53,606 nucleotides of DNA from a virus (Duplodnaviria; Caudoviricetes), in IMG/VR virus record IMGVR_UViG_3300010376_000042, positions 1 to 53,606 of that record, one strand, 5' to 3'. Both the position numbers and the translations under genes were made by a program. Of this stretch, positions 9,095 to 18,355 are shown one piece after another. The notes below the pieces were generated by a model. It saw nothing but the letters and a program-made list of their open reading frames with translations. It searched no databases and was not told the DNA's origin. How positions within the stretch are numbered: position 1 is the first letter of the stretch; each line of letters opens with the position of its first letter.

Positions 9095-9673
9095 GTGGGT
9101 GTGAGCCAAACGGTCACGCTCAAGCGCCCCAACGATCGCAAGTCGGCAAGGCGCTACCGCAACACACGCAAGCGAGCTCAGGAATGTGTGGTTGCCAGTC
9201 GTGAGTACATGATCGCCAGGGCAATCCCACTTGAGGATTTGCCCGATGTAGATCCAACCGAGACGATGCAGTTGCTGATCAATCGCACTGAGCGGCTGTG
9301 GCGGTACGCGGCGGCGCAGGTTGATGCTTTGCGACCTGGGATTGCTACCAACCAGTCTGGCGAGAGTATGGATCACGAGTTGTGGCCAAGCTGGGACGAC
9401 AATGGCAATCTTGTGGTGCAGCACAACTACTGGGTTGAGCGTGAGAAGCAGTTGGCAGAATTGCTGGGCAAGCTGACAGAGAGTGCGCAGAAGTTGGGTC
9501 TGGCAGAGCGCAGGACTCGTGTTGCGGAGGGCCAGGTGCAGCTTCTAGGCGAAGCACTGAAGGCGGCATGCGTAGCAGCAGGCATCACCGGAGAGCAGCA
9601 GAAGCAGTTGGGTGCAGCGCTGCGCACCGAGTTGGCCACAATCGAGGGAACAGCGATAGAGATTGCTGCATAA
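9095..9673 (+). CDS. Probable terminase small subunit
   Basis: First gene of the virion operon; helical C-terminus GLAERRTRVAEGQVQLLGEAL resembles actinophage small terminases. Confidence 0.55.
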   Translation: MGVSQTVTLKRPNDRKSARRYRNTRKRAQECVVASREYMIARAIPLEDLPDVDPTETMQLLINRTERLWRYAAAQVDALRPGIATNQSGESMDHELWPSWDDNGNLVVQHNYWVEREKQLAELLGKLTESAQKLGLAERRTRVAEGQVQLLGEALKAACVAAGITGEQQKQLGAALRTELATIEGTAIEIAA

Positions 9674-9888
9674 TGCTAGAATCTGTCACACGGGCAAGCA
9701 CGTTGATAATCACCAACGTTGTGAAGGTCGCTGGCCTGTATGTTGGAGTACGCACTGCGATGCACACTCCGGCAGACCCAGTGACACTGGCATTCGCGGC
9801 GTTCTTGATCGCAGGTGGGCAGGTGAGTGAGAACGTGGTCATGGGTATCATCGACAGGTTCTTTGGGATCAAACGTGATGGTGGTTAG
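9673..9888 (+). CDS. Small membrane protein
   Basis: TAATG coupling; two hydrophobic segments. Confidence 0.6.
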   Translation: MLESVTRASTLIITNVVKVAGLYVGVRTAMHTPADPVTLAFAAFLIAGGQVSENVVMGIIDRFFGIKRDGG

Positions 9889-10048
9889 ATCACTGTGGCT
9901 ATACAGTCCCGCAATCGTGCTGATGGCCATGGCTATTGGCGAAGCGGCAGGTTGGGAACATCTTCACGGCAGCGCGTTGCTGGTGCTGGCGGTCGCGGTG
10001 TTCATGCACATTCGAACAGCGATGAGGCATCGTGACCGTGAGCGCTAA
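9878..10048 (+). CDS. Small two-TM membrane protein
   Basis: MVVRSLWLYSPAIVLMAMAIG...ALLVLAVAVFM with basic C-tail. Confidence 0.55.
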   Translation: MVVRSLWLYSPAIVLMAMAIGEAAGWEHLHGSALLVLAVAVFMHIRTAMRHRDRER

Positions 10049-10421
10049 GAAGGCAATACGTGAGAACTGGTATCGTGATGTATGGCTGCTTGTTATCACG
10101 ATCTTTGTGGTGTTGGCATTCATGGCGCAGGCACGCGACAGGCACACCGCCATCAACAGCAACGTTGAAGCGCGCTACAGCGATTGCCGTGGTGGTGAGC
10201 AGCTACGGGCGGCGCTGCGCAAGCAAGTAGAACAGGGCAAGATACAGCGCCCATTCTTGCTCAAGCTGCTACCGCAGTTCAACACGCCGCAGGTGCTGGC
10301 GCTGATCGAAAAGAACGAACATGAAGAGTTGAGTGGGTTCGCGCCGCGCAACTGTGTTGAATACGCTGAGGAAGCGTTGCCAGGCCACCACAAGCGCTAC
10401 ACACTGAGGATCAGCGAATGA
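10032..10421 (+). CDS. Single-pass membrane protein
   Basis: VWLLVITIFVVLAFM TM segment followed by a soluble domain with two Cys. Confidence 0.65.
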   Translation: MTVSAKKAIRENWYRDVWLLVITIFVVLAFMAQARDRHTAINSNVEARYSDCRGGEQLRAALRKQVEQGKIQRPFLLKLLPQFNTPQVLALIEKNEHEELSGFAPRNCVEYAEEALPGHHKRYTLRISE

Positions 10422-10810
10422 GAGCCAGGACATGTCAGGAATGTGGCAAGGACTTCGTGCAGACGTTCGGTGGTCGCCCACGCAAGAAGTGCTACGAGTG
10501 TGTGCCTGCGCGCACCAAGCAGACCGTCGTTGAGCGGTTGGCTGAGGAAGTGCAGTTCAGCAGCAAGCACTGTGGCTACTGCGGCGCATACACCGTAGGC
10601 GAACGCCAGTTCTGCAACAGTACGCACGAAGCACGAGCGCACGCCAATATTCGTGCTGGCTACAACGCACGCCGCAAGCCAACGGTCAGGTTCGTGACTG
10701 CACGCACAAGGCCAATTGAGCTAGTGCGCAAGCGGCGTGAACGCGACGAGCAGATTCGCCAGCAAGAGGCACGCGCCAAGGCAGCACGCACCACGGAGAT
10801 TGCGGCATGA
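10418..10810 (+). CDS. Zinc-finger protein
   Basis: CQEC..CYEC and CGYC..C...H motifs; ATGA coupling. Confidence 0.65.
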   Translation: MRARTCQECGKDFVQTFGGRPRKKCYECVPARTKQTVVERLAEEVQFSSKHCGYCGAYTVGERQFCNSTHEARAHANIRAGYNARRKPTVRFVTARTRPIELVRKRRERDEQIRQQEARAKAARTTEIAA

Positions 10811-10884
10811 TTCCTGCCGTCGTCAACAACCCGCTGCCGCCACCTACGGTTGACGGCCCACTACTGAAGATCAGGTTGGGCTGA
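10807..10884 (+). CDS. 25 aa microprotein
   Basis: ATGA overlap upstream and TGATG overlap downstream; MIPAVVNNPLPPPTVDGPLLKIRLG. Confidence 0.45.
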   Translation: MIPAVVNNPLPPPTVDGPLLKIRLG

Positions 10885-11159
10885 TGCATTCGCTGCTAGC
10901 ACTGGTGACTCCATGGGATCCGTTGCACAACGACGGCTATCAGTTCTGGTCAGGCATCGGCAGCGGCTCACCGCTGATAGCAGGCTTGGCGGTGTATCTA
11001 CGACGCCACAACTGCCACACACGCGGTTGCCCACTGATCGCTTGGCACCCAAACGAGGCAGGCCACGTCATGTGTAGGCTGCATCACGAAGATCACCATG
11101 GTCCGCTTTCGCGCTTGTTCAAGCGGCTTGGCCTAGAGCACGGCGGTAGCGGATCATGA
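10884..11159 (+). CDS. Small membrane-associated Cys/His-rich protein
   Basis: YQFWSGIGSG, hydrophobic stretch, then HNCH..GC...CRLHH. Confidence 0.65.
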   Translation: MHSLLALVTPWDPLHNDGYQFWSGIGSGSPLIAGLAVYLRRHNCHTRGCPLIAWHPNEAGHVMCRLHHEDHHGPLSRLFKRLGLEHGGSGS

Positions 11160-11257
11160 ATCTACGAGCCATGTGGCATATTGTGGCGTACACATGGGAT
11201 TGGCTGCGTGGCCGCACAACATTCGACGCACAGCGACGCGAGAGGATTGGTCACTGA
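11156..11257 (+). CDS. 33 aa microprotein
   Basis: ATGA and TGATG overlaps; MNLRAMWHIVAYTWDWLRGRTTFDAQRRERIGH. Confidence 0.45.
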   Translation: MNLRAMWHIVAYTWDWLRGRTTFDAQRRERIGH

Positions 11258-11469
11258 TGCCCACTCCAGGTTGGCCCAGTCAGAACCCACTGCGCAACCG
11301 CCCCAACACGGTGCGCTCGCCCGTCAACGGCTCGTTGATGGAATGGCTGAGTTGGAATTTTCCGACGGTGTACAACACCGTCAGTAAAGTCAAGAAAGAC
11401 AGCATTCGCGACTATAAGTCCAGCGACTACGCCAAGCAGCACCCCACCATGACAGGCCGGGTGCCGTGA
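11257..11469 (+). CDS. Hypothetical protein (70 aa)
   Basis: TGATG-coupled start within track ORF 11173..11469. Confidence 0.55.
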   Translation: MPTPGWPSQNPLRNRPNTVRSPVNGSLMEWLSWNFPTVYNTVSKVKKDSIRDYKSSDYAKQHPTMTGRVP

Positions 11470-11546
11470 TGCCTAGTAGCAAGGCGTGGCAGCGGCACTT
11501 GGAAAAGGTTGAAGCCGAACGCATCAAAGCGAAAGTGAAGAAATAA
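11469..11546 (+). CDS. 25 aa basic microprotein
   Basis: TGATG and TAATG overlaps; MPSSKAWQRHLEKVEAERIKAKVKK. Confidence 0.45.
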   Translation: MPSSKAWQRHLEKVEAERIKAKVKK

Positions 11547-12358
11547 TGGCCGAAGGATCAGGTGTACCCGGACGTGTAAGTGATGTTCGCCTAGCGGATG
11601 CCACATTCGAAGGCACGCTGACCAAAGCTGCTGGCGAAGGCAGCACGGTGGTGATGCCTATTGAACAGGGCATGACGATGCTAGTGGCGTGGTTCCATGG
11701 TGTGTACGGCACAGCCACCACCGTGATGGAGGTCAGTCCCGACAACGAAAACTGGTATGCGCTTGGCGGGGCCAACATCAACAACGGCTCAGCTACGCAG
11801 AACCCACTGTCGAAATCTACCAACGCCAACTTGGCGTGGGAGGCCGCCATTCCGGCAGGCAGCAAGTTCGTGCGCGCACGCTGCTCGGAATACACCAGCG
11901 GCACCGTCAACGTAGAGATGGCGCAGGGCAGCAGCGACTATGAGACGAGCATCGCCGCAGTGGTCAGCGGCAGCCTCGGCATTGCCAGCCAGGGCGTGTG
12001 GAACGATCTCAGCAGCACGACACTCGCTGGCAACGCCACTTTCACAGGTGCAGCGCAGGAAGTTGAGAACCAGGTTAGCGGCACTGGCTTCAGCACTTTC
12101 GGCACAGCCGGGCAGGGCGAGATCAGGATCAGCGCCACGACGGACAAGCCAGGCACACTGTACTTGGAAACCAGCCGCGACAATGCCACTTGGACACGCG
12201 TGAAGGGCATTGCCGTGGCGAAATTCGACGCCACATGCGAAAACTACGGCGAGATCGTGCACAAACCTAGCGAGCGCTACTTCCGCGCTGCATACGTCAA
12301 CGGCGCAGAAGCGCAGACGAAATTCAAGTGTCAAGCGATGAGGGTGGCGGTGCTCTGA
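11546..12358 (+). CDS. Probable virion accessory protein with two tandem beta-sandwich domains
   Basis: Repeated motif EVSPDNENW...FVRAR / ETSRDNATW...YFRAAY; Ser/Thr/Gly-rich. Confidence 0.55.
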   Translation: MAEGSGVPGRVSDVRLADATFEGTLTKAAGEGSTVVMPIEQGMTMLVAWFHGVYGTATTVMEVSPDNENWYALGGANINNGSATQNPLSKSTNANLAWEAAIPAGSKFVRARCSEYTSGTVNVEMAQGSSDYETSIAAVVSGSLGIASQGVWNDLSSTTLAGNATFTGAAQEVENQVSGTGFSTFGTAGQGEIRISATTDKPGTLYLETSRDNATWTRVKGIAVAKFDATCENYGEIVHKPSERYFRAAYVNGAEAQTKFKCQAMRVAVL

Positions 12359-12543
12359 TGCCAGCAAAGGCCGGAATAACAGCAGCCAACAAGATGGACG
12401 ACATCTATGGTGCAGAATCTCCCATAGGCGACACGCCTCTAGACCTCAAATGTGCAGCCTGCACGGGCGGCATGCGTGAGGGTGAGCCGCGTATCGTCGA
12501 CCACGAAGGCAACGTGTACCATCCGGAGCACTACGAAGTATGA
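12358..12543 (+). CDS. Small zinc-binding protein
   Basis: CAAC...YHPEH; coupled to both neighbours. Confidence 0.55.
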   Translation: MPAKAGITAANKMDDIYGAESPIGDTPLDLKCAACTGGMREGEPRIVDHEGNVYHPEHYEV

Positions 12544-14009
12544 CCACAACGCTGATCAGGCCGCACGCCGCATCGCACACCAGTATGGCGCGCATTGCGG
12601 ACTTTCTTGACCCTGCGCCCAAGCAGCCGATAGACGTGTGGATCAAACAGCGCCTGCAAGAGCACGTGTGGTCAAAGCAGCGTGAGGTTTGCCAGAGCGT
12701 CACGGACAACCGCTTCACGGCGGTGCCTAGCTGCCACGGCGCAGGCAAGAGCTTCATCGCCAGCCGCATCAGCGCAGCATGGTTGGACTTGCATGCGCCT
12801 GGCGAAGCGTTTGTCGTCACTAGCGCGCCAACCGATAAGCAGGTCAAGGCGATCCTGTGGCGTGAGATGGGCCGTGCGCATCGCAAGGGGAATCTGCCTG
12901 GACGCATCAACCTGGACGCCGAATGGTACATTGGGCCGGAGTTGGTTGCCTACGGGCGCAAGCCTGCCGACCTCAGCGACCCCAACGAGGCTATGCAGGC
13001 ATTCCAGGGCATTCACGCCAAGTACGTGCTGGTGGTGCTTGATGAGGCGTGTGGTGTGCCGCCCTGGCTGTGGACCGCTGCGGAAAGCCTCGTCACCAAT
13101 GAGCACAGCCGCATCTTGGCTATCGGCAACCCAGATGATTCCAGCAGCGAGTTCGAGAAAGTGTGCAGGCCAGGTTCTGGCTGGAACGTGATCGGCATCA
13201 GCGCTTTTGATCTGCCCTGGAACACTGGCGAGGAGGTTCCGCCAGCGCTGGAAGACCTGCTGACTGGACAGGTGTGGGTTGAGGAGCGCAGGAAGCGTTG
13301 GGGTGAGGGTTCGCCATTCTACATCAGCAAGGTGTTGGGCCTGTTCCCAGAGATTGGCGAAGACACGCTGATCACGCCAGCCATGATCAGGCGCGCGTTC
13401 GAATACGAATCGCCTCACAGCCTCAAGCTGGGCTACATGGGCGGCGACATTGCGCGCCTGGGAACGGATCGCACCGTCGTGTACCACAATCGCGGTGGCA
13501 CGGTGCGCAAGGTATTCGAGAGCCACAAGACAACCACCGACAAGACCATGGGCGCGTTCGCCAAGCTGATCAAAAAGTTCTGGAACCGCGTGCCCATGAA
13601 CGTCGACGTGATCGGCATCGGCGCGGGCGTGTATGACCGCCTGGCGGAGCAAGGGCTCAACGCAGTGCCTTTCAACGCGGCGGAACGTGCAGCGGAACCA
13701 ACCAAGTTCAAGAACCGACGTGCAGAAGGCTGGTGGCAACTGCGTGAGTGGTTCGAGGAAAACATGGTTGACCTTGATCCCGCAGACGAAGACTTGGCAG
13801 GCCAACTCAGCAACATCAAGTTCTGGTATGACTCCAGCGGTCGAGTGCAGATTGAGTCCAAGGAGGAACTCAAGAAGCGCGGCCTACCGAGCCCAGATCA
13901 TGCTGATGCCTGCATGATGAGTTTCATTCGTGGCCCGGAAATGTTCGTGCCCGATGAGAGCGAAGTGGCAGAGACCATCACTGGTGATCTGCTTGACATG
14001 CCAATGTAA
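12540..14009 (+). CDS. terL: Terminase large subunit
   Basis: Walker A SCHGAGKS, Walker B VVLDEA, IGNP, nuclease GGDIAR..D and SPDHADA. Confidence 0.93.
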   Translation: MTTTLIRPHAASHTSMARIADFLDPAPKQPIDVWIKQRLQEHVWSKQREVCQSVTDNRFTAVPSCHGAGKSFIASRISAAWLDLHAPGEAFVVTSAPTDKQVKAILWREMGRAHRKGNLPGRINLDAEWYIGPELVAYGRKPADLSDPNEAMQAFQGIHAKYVLVVLDEACGVPPWLWTAAESLVTNEHSRILAIGNPDDSSSEFEKVCRPGSGWNVIGISAFDLPWNTGEEVPPALEDLLTGQVWVEERRKRWGEGSPFYISKVLGLFPEIGEDTLITPAMIRRAFEYESPHSLKLGYMGGDIARLGTDRTVVYHNRGGTVRKVFESHKTTTDKTMGAFAKLIKKFWNRVPMNVDVIGIGAGVYDRLAEQGLNAVPFNAAERAAEPTKFKNRRAEGWWQLREWFEENMVDLDPADEDLAGQLSNIKFWYDSSGRVQIESKEELKKRGLPSPDHADACMMSFIRGPEMFVPDESEVAETITGDLLDMPM

Positions 14010-14019
14010 GGGAGCACAG

Positions 14020-14526
14020 ATGCTAGAAAAGTTGAAGACATCAGAGACAAAGCCGTTCTACCTCACCAGTGAGTTCTGGCTGCACGGTGTGCTCCAGTTG
14101 CTGCTGTGGGTGGGCGCGCTTCCTACGCAGGGAATGCCAGGCTGGGGCAGGACTGTCATCAGCGCCGTCGCACTGATTGGCTACGGACTCAGCCGTGGTC
14201 TCGCCAAGGGCGGCAGCCCGTTCGAAGACGTTACCACCGGACTCAGTGCCGTACTACACGACACCGGAGCCGCTGATTCGCCGCAGGCCGGAACCACCGA
14301 TATACCGCTGCAATTGCCACCGACGGATGGTGCCGGGTTGAAGAACGTATCAGCAGCGCAGCCCGCAGCGGCAGATGTGGCGGCTGAGGTAGACAACACC
14401 GGGCAGGCAGCCGCAGCGGTGCAGACGGGCGTAGTAGGCCTGGCGAAGATCCTGGGCGACGTGCGGCACGCCGTGACGGAGCACCCAGAGATCGTGCAGC
14501 AGTTGCGGCAGGAGGGGTTGCTCTGA
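14020..14526 (+). CDS. Putative holin
   Basis: GGGAG RBS; KPFYLTSEFWL plus two TM segments ending YGLSRGLAK; two genes upstream of the lysozyme. Confidence 0.6.
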   Translation: MLEKLKTSETKPFYLTSEFWLHGVLQLLLWVGALPTQGMPGWGRTVISAVALIGYGLSRGLAKGGSPFEDVTTGLSAVLHDTGAADSPQAGTTDIPLQLPPTDGAGLKNVSAAQPAAADVAAEVDNTGQAAAAVQTGVVGLAKILGDVRHAVTEHPEIVQQLRQEGLL

Positions 14527-14732
14527 TGCTGACGCAGCTTCGCCCCACCGCAGACCCAACGTTGTACGAGGCCATTGACGAGCTTGGGCAGGTCGTCGCC
14601 ACCGGCTATCTGGAGGTCGACTACCTGCCCGGAGCGCAACGCCACGGCACCGTCAGCTTCGTCACGCCGGAACGTGAGGAGGTCGTGACGACCGAGGCGC
14701 TGCAAGCGGGCGCTCAGGCGGCCACGTCATGA
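14526..14732 (+). CDS. Hypothetical protein
   Basis: 68 aa, coupled on both sides. Confidence 0.6.
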   Translation: MLTQLRPTADPTLYEAIDELGQVVATGYLEVDYLPGAQRHGTVSFVTPEREEVVTTEALQAGAQAATS

Positions 14733-15412
14733 GCAACAACGCCAACATGCACGTGGACGCTCGCGGTGAGCACTTCACCGCGACGTTCGAGGGGTGCGTG
14801 CTGCACCCCTACAACGATCCGTTGAACGCTACCATCGGCGTGGGTCACCTGATCCACTACGGTGTGGTCAACGGTGCAGACGTGCGCAAGTACGCCGGAT
14901 TCACTTACGCCGACGCCATGAAGTTGCTCGCGCACGACATGGGCTCAGCGGAAGTCGCAGTGCGGCGGTACATTCGCGTCGATCTCAACCAGTGTGAGTG
15001 GGATGCCATCGTGGACGCGGTGTTCAACTGCGGCCCAGGTGTCGTTGCCGGCTCTGTCGGCACCCTCATCAATGCGCGCCAGTACCGCCAGGCTATGCAA
15101 GCGCTGCAAGCCTGGTGTCACCAGGGATCGACGGTGATCCCTGGACTGTTGCGCAGGCGACAGGCGGAGGCCAAGTTGTTCTTTGAACAGCCACCGGCTG
15201 CTCCGCCCTACTGGGGTCCGCACGAGCTCCAGTGGATGCACGAATACGACCATCTGCTACACGAGAACAAGGAGCTCGCGAAGCGGAAGGTGCTTCGGGC
15301 ACACATGCACAAGCGTGCGATGGAAATTGTTGCGGCTGCGCACCGGGAACGGGGTGGCTGGAACAAGCTAAACCGACGCCAGCGGTATCACTCGTTGGCA
15401 GGCAGGTCGTAA
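14729..15412 (+). CDS. Endolysin, GH24 (T4/P22-type) lysozyme with extra basic C-terminal domain
   Basis: FEG.VLHPYND...TIGVGH catalytic E/D/T; FNCG; GLLRRRQAEAKLF. Confidence 0.88.
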   Translation: MSNNANMHVDARGEHFTATFEGCVLHPYNDPLNATIGVGHLIHYGVVNGADVRKYAGFTYADAMKLLAHDMGSAEVAVRRYIRVDLNQCEWDAIVDAVFNCGPGVVAGSVGTLINARQYRQAMQALQAWCHQGSTVIPGLLRRRQAEAKLFFEQPPAAPPYWGPHELQWMHEYDHLLHENKELAKRKVLRAHMHKRAMEIVAAAHRERGGWNKLNRRQRYHSLAGRS

Positions 15413-15413
15413 C

Positions 15414-15986
15414 ATGGAACACCCACTCATCCAACATCTGAAGGAGCGCAGGTCCACTCGTAATGAGGACGCCTTCGTGCTTTGGAAGGAGTTGGACCTC
15501 ATCATCCAACTACTGGAGGATTCAATGGAAGGCATCGCAGCAACCGAAGCCGCCCTCGCTCAGCTGAAGAGCGACAGTGAGGCGCGGGACGCCGCAACCA
15601 CAACCGCGCTCACCGACCTGAAGGCCGAGGTCGCGGCTCTGGAGAGTACCGGCGTCGACACGACCAAACTCAACGCCACGATCTCCGCGCTCGACGCGGC
15701 GGTCAAGACCGGCACCACCGAGGCCCAGGCCGCGGATCCGGGCGCTCAGACGCAGCCGTCTCCGCCCGCTTCGGCCACGACCGAACAGGTCAGCGTCTCC
15801 GTGGGCGAAGCTGGCGAAGGTAGCGCCGTCGTCGATCACGCTCCGGGCGTGCTCACGGTCAGCGCCGCGTCGTCCGGCAGCGCCACGGTGAGCGCGGTCG
15901 AAGGCAACGCCAGTCAGGCGAAGGTGACCGTTACGGGCGCGACGCCCAACACGACGGTCGAGGTCACGCTCCAGGTCGCCGCATAG
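15414..15986 (+). CDS. Coiled-coil plus C-terminal beta-rich domain protein (alternative start 15525)
   Basis: Ala/Thr heptads, Pro linker, Val/Thr/Ser beta domain; GGAGG before ATG 15525. Confidence 0.6.
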   Translation: MEHPLIQHLKERRSTRNEDAFVLWKELDLIIQLLEDSMEGIAATEAALAQLKSDSEARDAATTTALTDLKAEVAALESTGVDTTKLNATISALDAAVKTGTTEAQAADPGAQTQPSPPASATTEQVSVSVGEAGEGSAVVDHAPGVLTVSAASSGSATVSAVEGNASQAKVTVTGATPNTTVEVTLQVAA

Positions 15987-16000
15987 ACTGGCGCTGAGCC

Positions 16001-18355
16001 ATGGCTGAGGACGTCCGACACCGACTAACAGACGCGCGTTCCGCCGCAGGCGACGGAACGTTCACAGTCGTCAAGGAAATCGGCGACGCGTCGTCCCAAG
16101 CCGCCCTGACAGGGGACAACGGATCACGCCCACCCACGACTGAGCTAGGTGCACCTGCCGCCATAGGCGTGCTGCCCTGGTCGCAGATGTGGGTGGGCGA
16201 TCCGTTGGAGACTGTACCGGCGCTGCAATGGCCGCAGAGCGTTTGGTCGTATGCAGCGATGATGACCGATAGCCAGGTAGACGGCTTGATGCTCGGCACC
16301 ACGCTGCCGATTCGTCGCTACAACTGGTTCATTGACCCCAATGGCCAGCCGACCAGCAAGGTCAAGAAGCTGGCCGCAGACTTCAATCTGCCGCTGCTAG
16401 GCGAAAAGGAAGTACCGCGTGGGCGCATGAAGGAACGGTTCCAGTGGGACCGGCACCTGTTCCATGCATTCAAGGCGCTGGCGTATGGCTTCTACACCTT
16501 CGAGATTGTGGGCGAAATCCAGGACGACGGCTTGTGGCACCTGAAGAAGTTGGCGCCACGCCCACCGCTCACCATCATGGACATCGACATCGGGCCGCAC
16601 GGCGAACTGGTGGCCATCCGCCAGAACGTCACCCAACCTGGGCGGCCAGTGCAACCCATACCGGCCAAGCAGTTGAGCACCTACGTGTGGGAACAAGAGG
16701 GTGCCAACTGGACGGGCCGGAGCATGCTGCGCTCTCTGTACAAGAATTGGATGATCAAGGACCGCCTGTTGCGTGTAGACGCGCTCAAGCACGAGCGCAA
16801 CGGCATGGGTGTGCCCTGGGCAACCGCCGCGCAGGGCATGGGTAAGGAAGAGATGCGCGCGCTGAACCAAGCAGCGCAACAGCTAAAGAGCGGCGACACC
16901 AGCGGTGGCGTTGGGCCGTTCGGCTCTGAGATGAAGCTGTTGGGTGTGCAGGGCCAGCTACCCGACACCATCGCCTCGATCAACTACCACGACGAGGCCA
17001 TGGCACGGCGGTTCCTGATGATGTTCTTGCAGCTAGGCAGCACGCTACATGGTAGCCGTGCGCTGGGCTCTGAGTTCATCGACTACTTCCAGCTGGCGCA
17101 GGAGTCGCTGGCCAACTGGATAGTTGATGTCACGCAAGAGACCATCATAGAGGACTATTGGGACTGGAACTACGGCGAAAGCGACACGGTCCCATTCATT
17201 ACCTATCGACGCGACGACGACCCACGGCTAGCGATTGAAGACCTAGCCAAGATGGTAGAAAAGGGCGTCATTCGCGTCGATGACGAACTTGAGGAGGCTG
17301 TGCGCGAGGTCATGGACCTGCCGCAGTTTGTGGGGCCAGAGCGCGAAGACAAGATGCCGCCCATGCTGGCTCAAACCGACCCAAACCTCCCTGTGCCCGG
17401 CGACGAAGGCGAGCCAGGCTCCGGCGAAGGCGGTTCCCCCTCCCCGCCACCTTCGCCGAACCCAACGCCAGGTGCTCCCGGTGCTGGCGCAAAGGCGAGG
17501 CGTCGTGGGCGCGCGACTGTGGCAGAGGGCTCAGTGCCGTTGCCCGGTCGCGCGCTCCGACGAGAGCCTAACCAGGCTGAGATAGACTCCAAAGTCAACC
17601 TGGCTGCCCTAGATAGCATCTGGCAGAAAGCACGCGACACTCTGTTCTCCAATTGGAAGGAACAGGTCACCAAAGGCCAGATTGAGGAGCTTGTCGAAGC
17701 CATCAAGGGTACAGCCGACATGAGCAAGCTGTCATCGTTGGAAGCTACTCCCACTGGCAAGCAGATGCTGGTGGACGCCATGAAGGCTATGTTCGCGCAG
17801 GGCGCAACGCTGGCGCAGCAGGAGCACGAGGATCAAGGCTTCGCCAAGCAGGCACTACCTGAGACCAGCGAGGACATCGGCAGCTTCGAGGCGCGTGCCG
17901 AAGCCATAGACAATTTGGCTGCGCGCACTATCGCTAGCATGGCAGGAAGCAAGGCTGTCTCAGCTAGCGGCGGCGCATTGACAAACGATCAGGTCGGTCA
18001 GCACGTCAACGACTACCTAGTTGGCCTGACGCAGATGATGTTGCGAGACAGGCTCAGCGGCGCTATGACTGCCGCGCTCAACGCTGGACGCCGTGCCTAC
18101 ATGGGCGGTGCTGGCAAGGCTGACTACTACGCCAGCGAGATTCTCGATGTGAACACCTGCGCTGCCTGCTCAGCTGAGGATGGCACCGAATTCACGTCGC
18201 TGGAAGAAAGCGAGCGCGACTACCCGAGCGGCGGCTATGTCGAGTGCGAAGGCGGCGACCGCTGCCGTGGCACCATCATAGCTGTGTACAAGGAGGAAAA
18301 CGCCAACCCCGGCGAACCAGGCTTCCGCGAAGAAGAAGGAGCGACCGATGAGTGA
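16001..18355 (+). CDS. Portal protein (DUF935/Mu gp29-like) fused to a MuF-like head morphogenesis domain
   Basis: G.SMLRSLYKNWMIKD, ERNGMGVP, GSRALG portal motifs; Pro/Gly linker; C-terminal ILDVNTCAAC...DG...CEGGDRCRG. Confidence 0.85.
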   Translation: MAEDVRHRLTDARSAAGDGTFTVVKEIGDASSQAALTGDNGSRPPTTELGAPAAIGVLPWSQMWVGDPLETVPALQWPQSVWSYAAMMTDSQVDGLMLGTTLPIRRYNWFIDPNGQPTSKVKKLAADFNLPLLGEKEVPRGRMKERFQWDRHLFHAFKALAYGFYTFEIVGEIQDDGLWHLKKLAPRPPLTIMDIDIGPHGELVAIRQNVTQPGRPVQPIPAKQLSTYVWEQEGANWTGRSMLRSLYKNWMIKDRLLRVDALKHERNGMGVPWATAAQGMGKEEMRALNQAAQQLKSGDTSGGVGPFGSEMKLLGVQGQLPDTIASINYHDEAMARRFLMMFLQLGSTLHGSRALGSEFIDYFQLAQESLANWIVDVTQETIIEDYWDWNYGESDTVPFITYRRDDDPRLAIEDLAKMVEKGVIRVDDELEEAVREVMDLPQFVGPEREDKMPPMLAQTDPNLPVPGDEGEPGSGEGGSPSPPPSPNPTPGAPGAGAKARRRGRATVAEGSVPLPGRALRREPNQAEIDSKVNLAALDSIWQKARDTLFSNWKEQVTKGQIEELVEAIKGTADMSKLSSLEATPTGKQMLVDAMKAMFAQGATLAQQEHEDQGFAKQALPETSEDIGSFEARAEAIDNLAARTIASMAGSKAVSASGGALTNDQVGQHVNDYLVGLTQMMLRDRLSGAMTAALNAGRRAYMGGAGKADYYASEILDVNTCAACSAEDGTEFTSLEESERDYPSGGYVECEGGDRCRGTIIAVYKEENANPGEPGFREEEGATDE

